26,750 bases of DNA, from the IMG/VR virus record IMGVR_UViG_3300017713_000069, positions 1-26,750 of that record. One strand, 5' to 3'. Below the pieces are notes generated by a model that was not told where the DNA came from, made no database searches, and saw only the letters and a list, made by a program, of their open reading frames with translations. How positions within the stretch are numbered: position 1 is the stretch's first letter; the number at the start of each line of letters is the position of its first letter. Shown in pieces: positions 9,042-19,100 of this stretch. A program made the translations under genes and the position numbers. The stretch comes from a virus. Lineage: Duplodnaviria > Caudoviricetes.

Positions 9042-9845
9042 ATGTCAAATATAACAGTAACATTTAGCGAAAATTCAAAAGGGTGGCCATCTTTTTATAC
9101 TTACTATCCTGATTACATTCAGGGTATGAATCAGTTTTTGTATACATTTAAAGGCGGTAACTTATACCAACACAACTCTGACAATGTTTCCAGAAACAAT
9201 TACTACGGTGTTCAGGGAGAGTCTAAAATGACCAGTGTGTTTAATGAATCGCCACTTGACAATAAGAAGTTTAAAACACTTATGCTTGAGGGAGATGATA
9301 GTTGGTCTGCAGAACTTTCAACTGACTTACAAACTAATGGCTTTATAGATGCCAGTTATTTTGAGCAAAAAGAATCTGATTGGTTTGCTTTTGTTAGAAA
9401 CAATTCTACAAATCCAGCTGGAGAAAATCAATACGCAATGCGTTCACTAACAGGTATTGGCGACAGCACAACTGCCAATAATGATACAACTACCGCTACA
9501 ATAACTTTTAATTTAAACTTAGGCTCTATTATATCTATAGGAGACCAGTTGTTTTTTGCGGACAACACGCCTCCAGTTACTACGCTAACTCCACAATTTT
9601 GTGGACAAATAACGTCAGTTACATATAGTAGTATCACAAACACTTCAACTGTAGTAGTAGATAACCAGGTTCAAGGTGCAGTTCCGATTCCATCGCAAAA
9701 CTTTTATTTTCTATATATAAAAGATGCTGTAGCGGAATCACAAGGAGTGTTAGGGCATTACTGTGTTTTTGAATTAACAAACGATTCAACTGTGGCTACA
9801 GAGCTATTTGCTGTTAAATCAGAAGCTTTCAAAAGTTATCCTTAA
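9042..9845 (+). CDS. C-terminal part of the tail stabilisation/muzzle protein, encoded as a separate gene
   Basis: Start reassigned to ATG 9042 (267 aa). TVTFSENSKGWPSFYTYYPD...LYTFKGGNLYQHN...NNYYG...KKFKTLMLEG...FEQKESDWFAFV...GHY...ELFAV matches the segment that I recall following GGYD in single-gene muzzle proteins. Confidence 0.65.
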   Translation: MSNITVTFSENSKGWPSFYTYYPDYIQGMNQFLYTFKGGNLYQHNSDNVSRNNYYGVQGESKMTSVFNESPLDNKKFKTLMLEGDDSWSAELSTDLQTNGFIDASYFEQKESDWFAFVRNNSTNPAGENQYAMRSLTGIGDSTTANNDTTTATITFNLNLGSIISIGDQLFFADNTPPVTTLTPQFCGQITSVTYSSITNTSTVVVDNQVQGAVPIPSQNFYFLYIKDAVAESQGVLGHYCVFELTNDSTVATELFAVKSEAFKSYP

Positions 9846-9849
9846 AATT

Positions 9850-9867
9850 CTTATCTTTGTAGAAAAG
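9850..9867 (+). promoter_or_regulatory. TAnnTTTG promoter for the cupin/ejection-protein operon
   Basis: CTTATCTTTGTAGAAAAG in the 23-nt intergenic gap. TATCTTTG at 9852-9859, ATG at 9869. Confidence 0.75.
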
Positions 9868-9868
9868 T

Positions 9869-10405
9869 ATGGGTATATTAAGTGTATTCAAAAGGAAAAG
9901 GAAAAAACCTGAAGATATACTTCAATATGTTCACCAAAATAGAGGGTTATTGTGGGAAAATATTAGTGTCTTTAAAGACACTGTATTGCAACACGAGGGA
10001 AGTGTAAAAAACCACACGCCTGAAATGGAGGAACTTATGCCTGTTGAGCACAATCTCCAAGATGGTCTATACACCAGGGAGATATTTATGCCGAAAGGGA
10101 CACTGGTGGTTAGCTATATACATAAGCAAAACCACCCATCATTTTTTCTTAAAGGAGAGATGTCAGTTCTTTTAGATACAGGTGAGGTAAAAAGAATTAA
10201 AGCACCAATGAAGGTGATGACTGAAATAGGAACACAAAGAGTTGCATATATGCACGAAGATTGCACGTGGGTTTGTGTTTATAGGACAGATGCTGAAAAT
10301 ATTAAAGATGCGGAAAAGGAAGTTTATACAGAAAACTATAAAGACTTACCTGAACACGTTATAATAAATAAAGAACTACTATGTCAGGAGCAATTGCAGG
10401 ATTAG
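9869..10405 (+). CDS. Cupin-fold (double-stranded beta-helix) protein
   Basis: 178 aa. HNLQDGLYTREIFMPKGTLVVSYIHKQNHPSFFLKGEMSV...APMKVMTEIGTQRVAYMHED fits the cupin pattern with HxxxH. Confidence 0.75.
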   Translation: MGILSVFKRKRKKPEDILQYVHQNRGLLWENISVFKDTVLQHEGSVKNHTPEMEELMPVEHNLQDGLYTREIFMPKGTLVVSYIHKQNHPSFFLKGEMSVLLDTGEVKRIKAPMKVMTEIGTQRVAYMHEDCTWVCVYRTDAENIKDAEKEVYTENYKDLPEHVIINKELLCQEQLQD

Positions 10406-11220
10406 CTATAGGGGTGGGAACAGCCACCATGAGCTTCGTTCAAGCTGGAAAACAAAAAAGAATGATGGAAGACGCTGAACGGGCGGCTCAACAAGCTATG
10501 GCTGAAGTTGAAAAAGAACTTACCAAAAATGAATATGAAGCTTTGGCTATTCAAAAAGAACCATACGAGATTGCTCAAGATACACTAAAGTCGCAGGCAG
10601 CTACTGAGTTACAAGCTGTTAGAGAAGGCTCTCAGCGTGGAGTATTGGCTGGTTCACAAAGAGTAGGACAGGGAGTATTAGCGGCGGCTGGAGAACAGCG
10701 GACAGCTATGGGTAAAGAGCTTGGTGATTTAGACAAGTTGGTAGCGGCAGAAGAATCCAGGAAGTCAGACATTAAAGCTAACCTTAAGTTAGGGGAGGCT
10801 CAAGGGGCTCAACAAGCCATGAGAGATGCTCAGGCTGCAAGAGACGCTAACTTACAACAAGGTATAATGGGTGTGGCAAATGTAGCGCAACAGGGCTTAT
10901 CTATGCTTCCAGATTATGGTATGAGTTCAGAGGCTCGTGATATTAATGCTATGCAGCGTGATGTTAAAAAATCCGCTAAGCAAGACTTCTTGAATGCCGG
11001 GGGTACAAGAAAAGAATTTAGACAAAGTTATAATCCAGATACTGCATTTCAACAGGCTATAGGAGGAGTGACAATGACTCCAGGGCAGTTCAAAACATTT
11101 GGAAATAACAATATTGCATTTGATGAATTAGGTCAAATGTCGATGACAAATATTCAAGACCAATTGCTTCAAATGACACCCGAACAAAGACAAATGATAT
11201 CTGGTTTATTAGCCCAATAA
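10381..11220 (+). CDS. Internal virion / ejection protein (small, pilot-type)
   Basis: 279 aa. Hydrophobic Gly/Ala N-terminus (MSGAIAGLAIGVGTATMSF) followed by A/Q/E-rich helices. First of three ORFs of increasing size, the usual podovirus ejection-protein layout. Confidence 0.65.
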   Translation: MSGAIAGLAIGVGTATMSFVQAGKQKRMMEDAERAAQQAMAEVEKELTKNEYEALAIQKEPYEIAQDTLKSQAATELQAVREGSQRGVLAGSQRVGQGVLAAAGEQRTAMGKELGDLDKLVAAEESRKSDIKANLKLGEAQGAQQAMRDAQAARDANLQQGIMGVANVAQQGLSMLPDYGMSSEARDINAMQRDVKKSAKQDFLNAGGTRKEFRQSYNPDTAFQQAIGGVTMTPGQFKTFGNNNIAFDELGQMSMTNIQDQLLQMTPEQRQMISGLLAQ

Positions 11221-11228
11221 TTATATAG

Positions 11229-13154
11229 ATGGCAAAAAGTTATTACGGTTACGTAGAAAGAGAGGCCTCTTCAGGGGTAAACTGGGAACAGATAGGTTCA
11301 GAGCTAACATCCAAACTAAAACAAGCTGGAGATGAAAGAGCGGCTCGTAGACAAGCTATTGATGATGCTTCTAAAGAATACCAAACTACATTAGACGATG
11401 CTCCTTCCGGGGATTTTAAACCTGCAAACCAATTTGCATTAGAACACGCTGCATCCGCACAACAAGCTCGACTTATGCAAGACAGACTTTTAAAGTCAGG
11501 TCTATTGAAATCAAAGGACTATACTATACAGAGACAAAATTTAACTGACGGAACAAATGAACTATTCGGTTTGTCTAAAGAGTATCAAAAAGAGTACACC
11601 GAAAAAATGGCCAGGCTAAAAGCTGGCGAGTCTCAAGAATTAGAAGGATGGTTAATGTCTCAAATAGAAGGTTTATCTAATTTAAGAAACACCGGAACAT
11701 ATATAAACCCAGAGACAGGGGTTGTAAGTATTTCAAAAGTAGTAGACAAGGATGGCGTAAGAACCATGAGCGAAGACCCTAATGATTTTATGACTGTTAA
11801 CCAATTAAGAAACAGGCAAAAAACTAAGTATGACAACTTTAAAGTTGGCGCTACAATGCAAGCTGAGGCTGATAGACTTGGAAGCTACATAACTACCCTT
11901 CGTAGTGCTGGTGGCCCAGGATATTCAGGTCAATTAAAAAAATTGCTTGACCCCACACAAAGAGGTAAACTTAGTGGAGACCAAGCAAAAGCTGTAGATA
12001 GCTTTACAAAGATGGAGGATGATATGATTAACTCTTATATTACAGCAAATCCATTAAACGGTTTAGCGGTATTAACAAACTACGTAACTACTAATCCAGA
12101 AACAGGGAAACGATACGACCTTACGTTTGACGAGAAGGCTGCTAAAGCAGACCCTAATATGATTTTAGTACGTGATGATGGCAGCGGAACGATTGAACCT
12201 GTGTTTACTGAAGCTCAATCTAAGGTTGCGTTTGATGCGGTTAGAGCAAACTTCAGAAACCAGATTGACCGAGAGGAAACAGTATCTACTTACACTGAAC
12301 AACAAGAAACTGCTACACAAGAACAAGCTGGAAGGCGTGAAAAAGCAGAAGATAATGCGCTTAGCTCTTGGAACGACATTGCTTACGGCACTCCAGAAGA
12401 AAAGTCTACAGCCATCAATCAATTGCTTGGAACAGATAAAGCCAAAAAATCTGGCGTGATAGCTATTGACACTTCAGTACCAGGTGAAGTAGTAGTAACT
12501 TACACTGACTCTTCTAAGAACAGAACAATAAACTACGACCCAGATAATATAACTATTCAAGAGTGGGCTGAGCTTGGTAATGAGATACACGGAGTGGACG
12601 ATGTGGCTACAGTTCTTGAGCGTTCAGGAGGCGCAAGATTTGTAAAAGATGCAGAAGGCAATAGAATACCTGCACCATTAGACTTTTCTGAAACTTCCAT
12701 GACAGATGTGTTCGCAACCAGAGAAGGGAAAACAGAGAGAGAAACTGCTACGCAAACTACTACAAGATTGTTAGAAGAAGGTATACCTGATTTAGATTTA
12801 TCGCAAGAAGAAGAACCTTCTATAGCTTTGCAAAAATACTTTGAATCTAATCCTCCACCATTTGGCTTAAAAATAACTGATGTATTTGGCCCCCAACAAA
12901 AAAAGGTTGAGGTTAGTGGTACTGTAGCGGGTAAAAAAATAAGCAGAAAATTTGATGTAAGCAAGCCTGGTGCAATGAAAGAAATAAGAGATTACATTTT
13001 ATCGCAGACTGATTTAGAGTCACTGGCTTTAGACCCTTCAATTGCAAGTCAAAGAAGAAACTTATCATACACACCTCGCTCGCAAAGACAAGCAGGTAGT
13101 GGGGATGCCGGAGGAGGCACACCACCTGTAATAAACACATCAGGATATAACTAA
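11229..13154 (+). CDS. Internal virion / ejection protein (middle)
   Basis: 641 aa, helical and charged, lacks Cys. Positioned between the pilot-like and giant genes. Confidence 0.55.
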   Translation: MAKSYYGYVEREASSGVNWEQIGSELTSKLKQAGDERAARRQAIDDASKEYQTTLDDAPSGDFKPANQFALEHAASAQQARLMQDRLLKSGLLKSKDYTIQRQNLTDGTNELFGLSKEYQKEYTEKMARLKAGESQELEGWLMSQIEGLSNLRNTGTYINPETGVVSISKVVDKDGVRTMSEDPNDFMTVNQLRNRQKTKYDNFKVGATMQAEADRLGSYITTLRSAGGPGYSGQLKKLLDPTQRGKLSGDQAKAVDSFTKMEDDMINSYITANPLNGLAVLTNYVTTNPETGKRYDLTFDEKAAKADPNMILVRDDGSGTIEPVFTEAQSKVAFDAVRANFRNQIDREETVSTYTEQQETATQEQAGRREKAEDNALSSWNDIAYGTPEEKSTAINQLLGTDKAKKSGVIAIDTSVPGEVVVTYTDSSKNRTINYDPDNITIQEWAELGNEIHGVDDVATVLERSGGARFVKDAEGNRIPAPLDFSETSMTDVFATREGKTERETATQTTTRLLEEGIPDLDLSQEEEPSIALQKYFESNPPPFGLKITDVFGPQQKKVEVSGTVAGKKISRKFDVSKPGAMKEIRDYILSQTDLESLALDPSIASQRRNLSYTPRSQRQAGSGDAGGGTPPVINTSGYN

Positions 13155-13158
13155 TAAT

Positions 13159-16100
13159 ATGAACGAACAAGCTTTTATAGATGCTTATAATATGTTCCTT
13201 CAAGGAGGGTACAGAGGGTCTCGTGATGAATTTAGAACTCTGATTGAATCTAATCCAGATGCGATGAATGATTCTTTTGAGATTTTTAAAAGCGGTGGAT
13301 ACAATGGTAGTATACAGGACTATCAAGTATTAATCGGCGTAGCTCCTGGTGAAGTAAAAAAAAAAGACAAGCCCGTTTTGGATTCAGCTGGGGACGCTGG
13401 TTTATCGGGGTTATCAGATACTGAGCGTCAAGACACTCAGCAAATATCTTTACAGCCACAAGTCGAAGTGGCCCAAGACAACACACGGGTAGCACAGCAA
13501 AAATTTATTGACCCGCGCGTAGCCATTGAACAGCAAGAGCAGAGAGATGCTTTTGAGGCTCAAAGAGAAATAGATATGCAGGCTTTTAAAAAAGAAGAGC
13601 AGGCGCAGATTGAGGCTGATGCAGAGGGAAGAGAAAAACAATCACAGGCTTTACTACAAGACGTTGAGTTTTCAACAGTTTTAAATAACATAGACGCTTC
13701 GCTTATAGATATGGAAGAAGAGTCTGTTGTTCCATTTATGATGGACAACTTTCAAAAGTACGGATTTACTTTTGAGGAAACAGGCATGGGTGATGCTATG
13801 ACTGTAACCACTGCTGACGGAAAAGAAACCATAACAATAGACCTTGACCCGTTCCTTTCAAAAACAGAAGTGCTGGAGTCTAAAAAATTAAAAGACTTTA
13901 TTACACAGTTTGCGATTGAATCGGAAGAGGTAACTCCAGAGGAAAGTCTTAACCAAAAAGCTATGCGTGCACAGCAAATGCGTAAGTATGCAAGGCTTAA
14001 TGCGGATGGCTCACAATCAAGTGTATTATTCACTTCCTTTGAAGAAGATGGAAAGCATAAGGTTATTCCAACCTTATTTCCAAAAGACCCTAACTTATAC
14101 GGCTCTAATAAAAACACTTGGCTTGAGCTGGGGTTTGATGAAGCTAAAAAATTAGCGGAAGAAAGAGGGGAAGTTTTTGAGTTTGAAACTGAGGAAGAGG
14201 CTCAAGAGTTTGCAGAAGGTTCTTGGAAAGATAGACACTCTTCAGATGCTTTAGGAAACTCAGTATTTGGCGAAGAGGGGTATGACTTTTCTTCAGAAAA
14301 AAAACAGTATCAAAATTATTTAGATGTTCGAGATAAAATAGATTTTATTGAGGCAGAACAAGCTGAGTTTGGCACAGAATATTTGTCAGAATTAACAGAG
14401 GAGGAGCGTAAAAAATATGGCAATCTTTATGTAAATGGAATCATGCGTGATGACATTGGTGTGGTTTTAAAGGAATTGAAAGAACAAGAAGACACTTTGT
14501 TTGATTTGGTTATGGATGATGACAAAGTAAGATTGCGAGAGAAGTTAGATGTCGAGCTTGACAAAAAATATAACGCTATAGCACAAACAGCAGCTCGCTC
14601 AAACAATTATGCTGACCTATCTTTAGATAATTTAAACCTTCAATCATTACAAACATTTGGCGTAGGCTTAGACCAGTTAAACACTATTGTACCTAAAGAC
14701 GATACTGAAGCTAAATTAATTGAAGCGCTATCTGTACAAGCTACAGAGGCTAAAACACTAAAAACAAACGCCGCACAAAAATATGAACAAGCATTAACAT
14801 TCTACGATGCTAAGCATGACCAAACTATTAGAGGAGAGTTTGAGGACAACTGGGCAGCGGTATCGTCAGAACTTAAAAAAGGACTGGACAATGGTAATGC
14901 CGCAGAGGTAATACTACAACTGTCAACAGGAATGGCTTTTGATTTCGAAAAATTAGACATCAACAACCCGGATGATGTAAAGAAAGCTGCCAAGATGATT
15001 GCTCTTTTAAAAGGTAAGGCCGCTGAAAAGAAAGATGCTCGTGTCATGTCAAGATGGAATAGAGCCAAAGGATTTAAAGAAACTTTTCAAGTTGTAAAGG
15101 ATAACCCATTGGAGTTAAGTTTGGCATTGGCTATGAACTCAATAGGGCTTATGCTTCCATACGGGATAGAATTTATTACATCGGGCGCTTTGGGCGGGAT
15201 AGCAACAGGCGCAACTTATGGAGCTGCTGCCGGAGCTGCTGTCGGTGGTGTAGGTGCTGCACCAGGCGCTGTTGCAGGAGCAATCGCAGGGTTAGCAAAA
15301 GGCTTGAGGGCTGGATTTGCAGCAACATCTTTTGCGATGGAGTATAGCAATGCTTTTTTTGACGCAATGCAGGCTCAAGGATTAAACCCTTTAGACCCTC
15401 AAGATGTAGAAGACGCTGTAATGAGTGAAGAAATTTGGGCGGTAACAAAACAAAGGGGTGTAGCAAGAGGTGTCCCTATTGCTGTTGTAGATTATATATC
15501 TTTTGGATTAGCAGGTAAGATATTTAAAGCGGGAACATTTGCAAGCAGAGGCCGAAGAGCAGTAACCATGCTTGCAGAAAGGGGTGTATATGACCCCATT
15601 GCAGAATCAACTGGTGAAGCTTTAGCTCAAATAAATGTGGGTGATGAGATAGATTGGAAAGAGATAGCCGCAGAAGGGCTCGGAGGTTTTGGAAACAACT
15701 CTTCTGGTATGGCTGTCAACACTTTTGTCGATACCCGTAAACTAAGCAACATTGAATTGGCTGATGCTTTGACTGATGTTACATTTGTGGCTGACCAAAA
15801 AAATAGTGGCACACAAATATCAAACTGGGCAACTCGCATGGAGCGACTTGGACAGATTGATGCCGAGCAAAACCAAAGGATACAGGAAAACTTAGGGCTG
15901 TCTAAAGACGCAGATAATCTTTTAGATTTAGGTAGAGCTAAAAACAAACCTATAAACAGGGAGTTAAAAGGTCGTGTGATGCAACTACTTGCTGCAAGAG
16001 AAGAGTACAGCGCAACCGCCAACAGAAAATCAGTGTTTGGTAAACAAATAGCTGACATAAACAATGAGCTTGAATACATAGCTCAGAATAAAAAATTATT

Positions 16101-19100
16101 ACCTACAGAACAAAGAGCTTTATTAGAAGGTATATTTGAGCCGACTGCTGAGGTTCGTCAAGACGTGGGTAGATATCGTATTGATGGCAAGCGTGTGACC
16201 AGAGAAAAGTTTATAAAATATATAAATAAAAATTCAAAAGAGCGTTTGTTAACTAAAATGCTTACTATTGATAACGATGAAGAAGTTAATAACCTTGTAA
16301 AAAATAAATTAGATGCCGTTCAAGTCAGAGAAACAGAGACGGTGGATGTGGGCGAACAAGCCAGAGATGGCCAAGAAGTGGGAGAAGGAGTACCCCAACT
16401 CGAAGCCGCGCAACCTGAGACCACCGAAACGCAAGATACTACCATAGAAATAGAAACTAAAATTAAAGATGATGCAAAACAAACAAGTGAAACCCCAGCA
16501 GGAAGCAGATTATTCAGCGAGCCCGTTAAGGATGCGAGCTCAATTGCTCAAAGAACTGCAGAAAGAACAGGAGTTGATTTCAAAGAAGCAGAGAGACTAA
16601 GTAAAATTGACGAAGACAGAGCCAGGAGGATAGCTCAAACTTATGAGAAGTTAGAGTCCAACCCTCAAGACCCTGAAGTTCAGAGCTCCTACAGAGCTTT
16701 GATTGATGAAACAGTAGAGCAGTATAATGACATTATATCAGAAGGATATACCATTGAGCTTGTTGATGAGAACCCCTACAATAATTCAGCTGAAATGTTA
16801 CGGGATGTTAATGAGAATAAAACATTAAAAATATTTTCTACTGAATCAGGGTTTGGAACTGAAGGAGTTACCGATACAGACAGGGCTAATAATTTAATGT
16901 TAGAAAGCACCACGTTTGTAGACAAGAATGGAAGACCTATGTTGGCGAATGATGTCTTTAGGTTTGTTCACGACTTCTTTGGACACGGCACATTGGGCAA
17001 TAGCTTTGGGCCTATTGGTGAGGAAAACGCCTGGAACGTACACTCAAGAATGTATTCTCCTTTGGCAAGACGAGCCATGACCACAGAGACACGAGGGCAA
17101 AACTCTTGGGTAAACTTTTCTGGAGTAAACAACAAAGCTCAAGATTTAATAAACGACTCAAGAGCATTAAGAAAAGAAGGTAAGTTTGAAGAAGCACAAG
17201 CCAAGGTAGATGAAGCTATGAAGCTGTTTAAGTTTGCTGACCAAAAGAACGCTCTAATGCCAGAGGAGTTTGTTCAGTTAGACGAGGAGGTTGATGTTAA
17301 GCCTACTGAAGCTCAAAGCTTAGAGGCTATTGTAGAGCCGGGTAGACCTCAACAAGAACAAACAACTGAACAACTAACACTTGAGATAGACCAAACAAAG
17401 GGTAGGCGTGGGATAAATCAAACTGAATTTTTTGTAGAGGCCGCTAATGAAAACGTAGATAACGCAAATAAGCTGACTGCGTTTATGGGTAAAGTATTCC
17501 CTGGTGTTGTTATTTCTACTGACCAACAGACGTTTGACGAAGTAGTAACTTCTGACCAAGTACAAAAGTATAGTGTGGGTGAAAATATTATTTATGGTAT
17601 GACTGTTAATGGTGACATATATATCAACCCACAAGTTCATAATAGCGAATCTAAAATGTTTAACACCGCCATTCACGAAATGGGTCACGTGTGGGTAAAG
17701 CATTTAAAGACTACAGAAAAGGGTCGTGCTATTTACAATCAGGGTATTACACTTGTAAAAGAAACTCCGTTATATTCTGAGCAATTAAAAAAATATAAAG
17801 GAGACGAGACCAGGGCCGCTGAAGAGGCTATGGCTATTCTTATTGGAGACAAGGGGCAGTCTATAGCTGACGCTGCTGTAAAAAGTAAATTCCAACAATG
17901 GCTTGCTGGTATGTGGAACTATATCAAGTCACAGTTTAAAATGTCTAAAGACTTAAGTGTTGATGAAATTCAAGACATGAATCTTGACGGGTTTATCGGT
18001 ACTGCGCTTGCAGATATATTTTCAGGTAGAGAAATAAAACTAACAGACCAACAGCTTACTGAACTTAAAGATGCTGACGTTGCGTTTAGTAGCGGAGTGT
18101 CAATGGAACAAATAATAACAACAGGTAGACAAAACGGATTTACTGACGCCAGTATAAAAGAGGTGCTTATAGGTAGAGGTTTTAACAAGACCGACATAAA
18201 CACAGCTATGGAGGTAAGGGTAAACGATATCGTAATGCCTAAAGAGTTTAGTCGTGTTGAAGGTGGAGTACAAGAAGCTACTAAATTATTTGAGGATGTC
18301 AGGAATGATTTGAATGAGTTTACTACAGATGAAACCTCTATGTCTGAAGTCAGACAGAAAGGCTTAGACTTAATGAAAGCTCACCCAGTGTATCAAGCAC
18401 AGCCGGAGCAGGTTCAGATGGAGCTTTTAAGCGCCTTTGACAGAACTATAGGTACACGAGCCAACCCTACTGTACAAAAAGAAATATCGTCCATTAGAAA
18501 GGCTCTGAGGGAGCGTAAGGCTGGACAAAAATTAGTTAAAGAAACGCAAGCTAAACTTACTGCGTTTATTAAAAGTGCATTACCTGTTTCAAATACATAT
18601 ACTCAGGCACAAATCAATAAGCTTATTAGGCGTGTAGCCAAGGCTACTACTGACACACTGCAAGCTGACGCTGAGTTTGTATTCAAAATAGTAGAGCAAC
18701 AACAGAACAAGATAAAGAATGCTATACTAAAGGATATGCTTAAGGTTGTAAGGACTAAAGCAAAGGCTGCATTCTCGGAGTCTGGAAAGAGAAGAGCTAA
18801 AGGATTAAGCAAAGAAGGTCAATCTTATTTCGGGCAAGTGCAAAAAGTATTAAAGGCCGCAATGACAAATGATGTTGAGGCAATGAACGACCTGCGCCAA
18901 ACTCTGATAGACAATGACTCAAAGATAAATGAGCTAATAGAGAAGAGACGTAATGGAGAAGCCATTACTCAAAGAGAACAAGACTTAGTTTTCTTAGCTA
19001 TGGCAATGGATAACTTTGGAGATGTAATGAATATGGACTTAGCTCAAGTTCAAGAGCTTATGTCTATGGTTAATAATATTAAAGCCTCATCTATAGCTAC

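Noticed and set aside
12172-12459. 95-aa +1-frame ORF inside the 641-aa gene (and the similar 13967-14155 ORF)
   Set aside because: L/K/M/R-rich composition typical of +1 shadows of GAN/GCN-rich genes. No convincing leader or recognisable motif.
12899-12910. In-frame A AAA AAG heptamer in the 641-aa gene
   Set aside because: The -1 frame stops almost at once (GGT TGA), no obvious stimulatory structure follows, and such heptamers are expected by chance in A-rich DNA.
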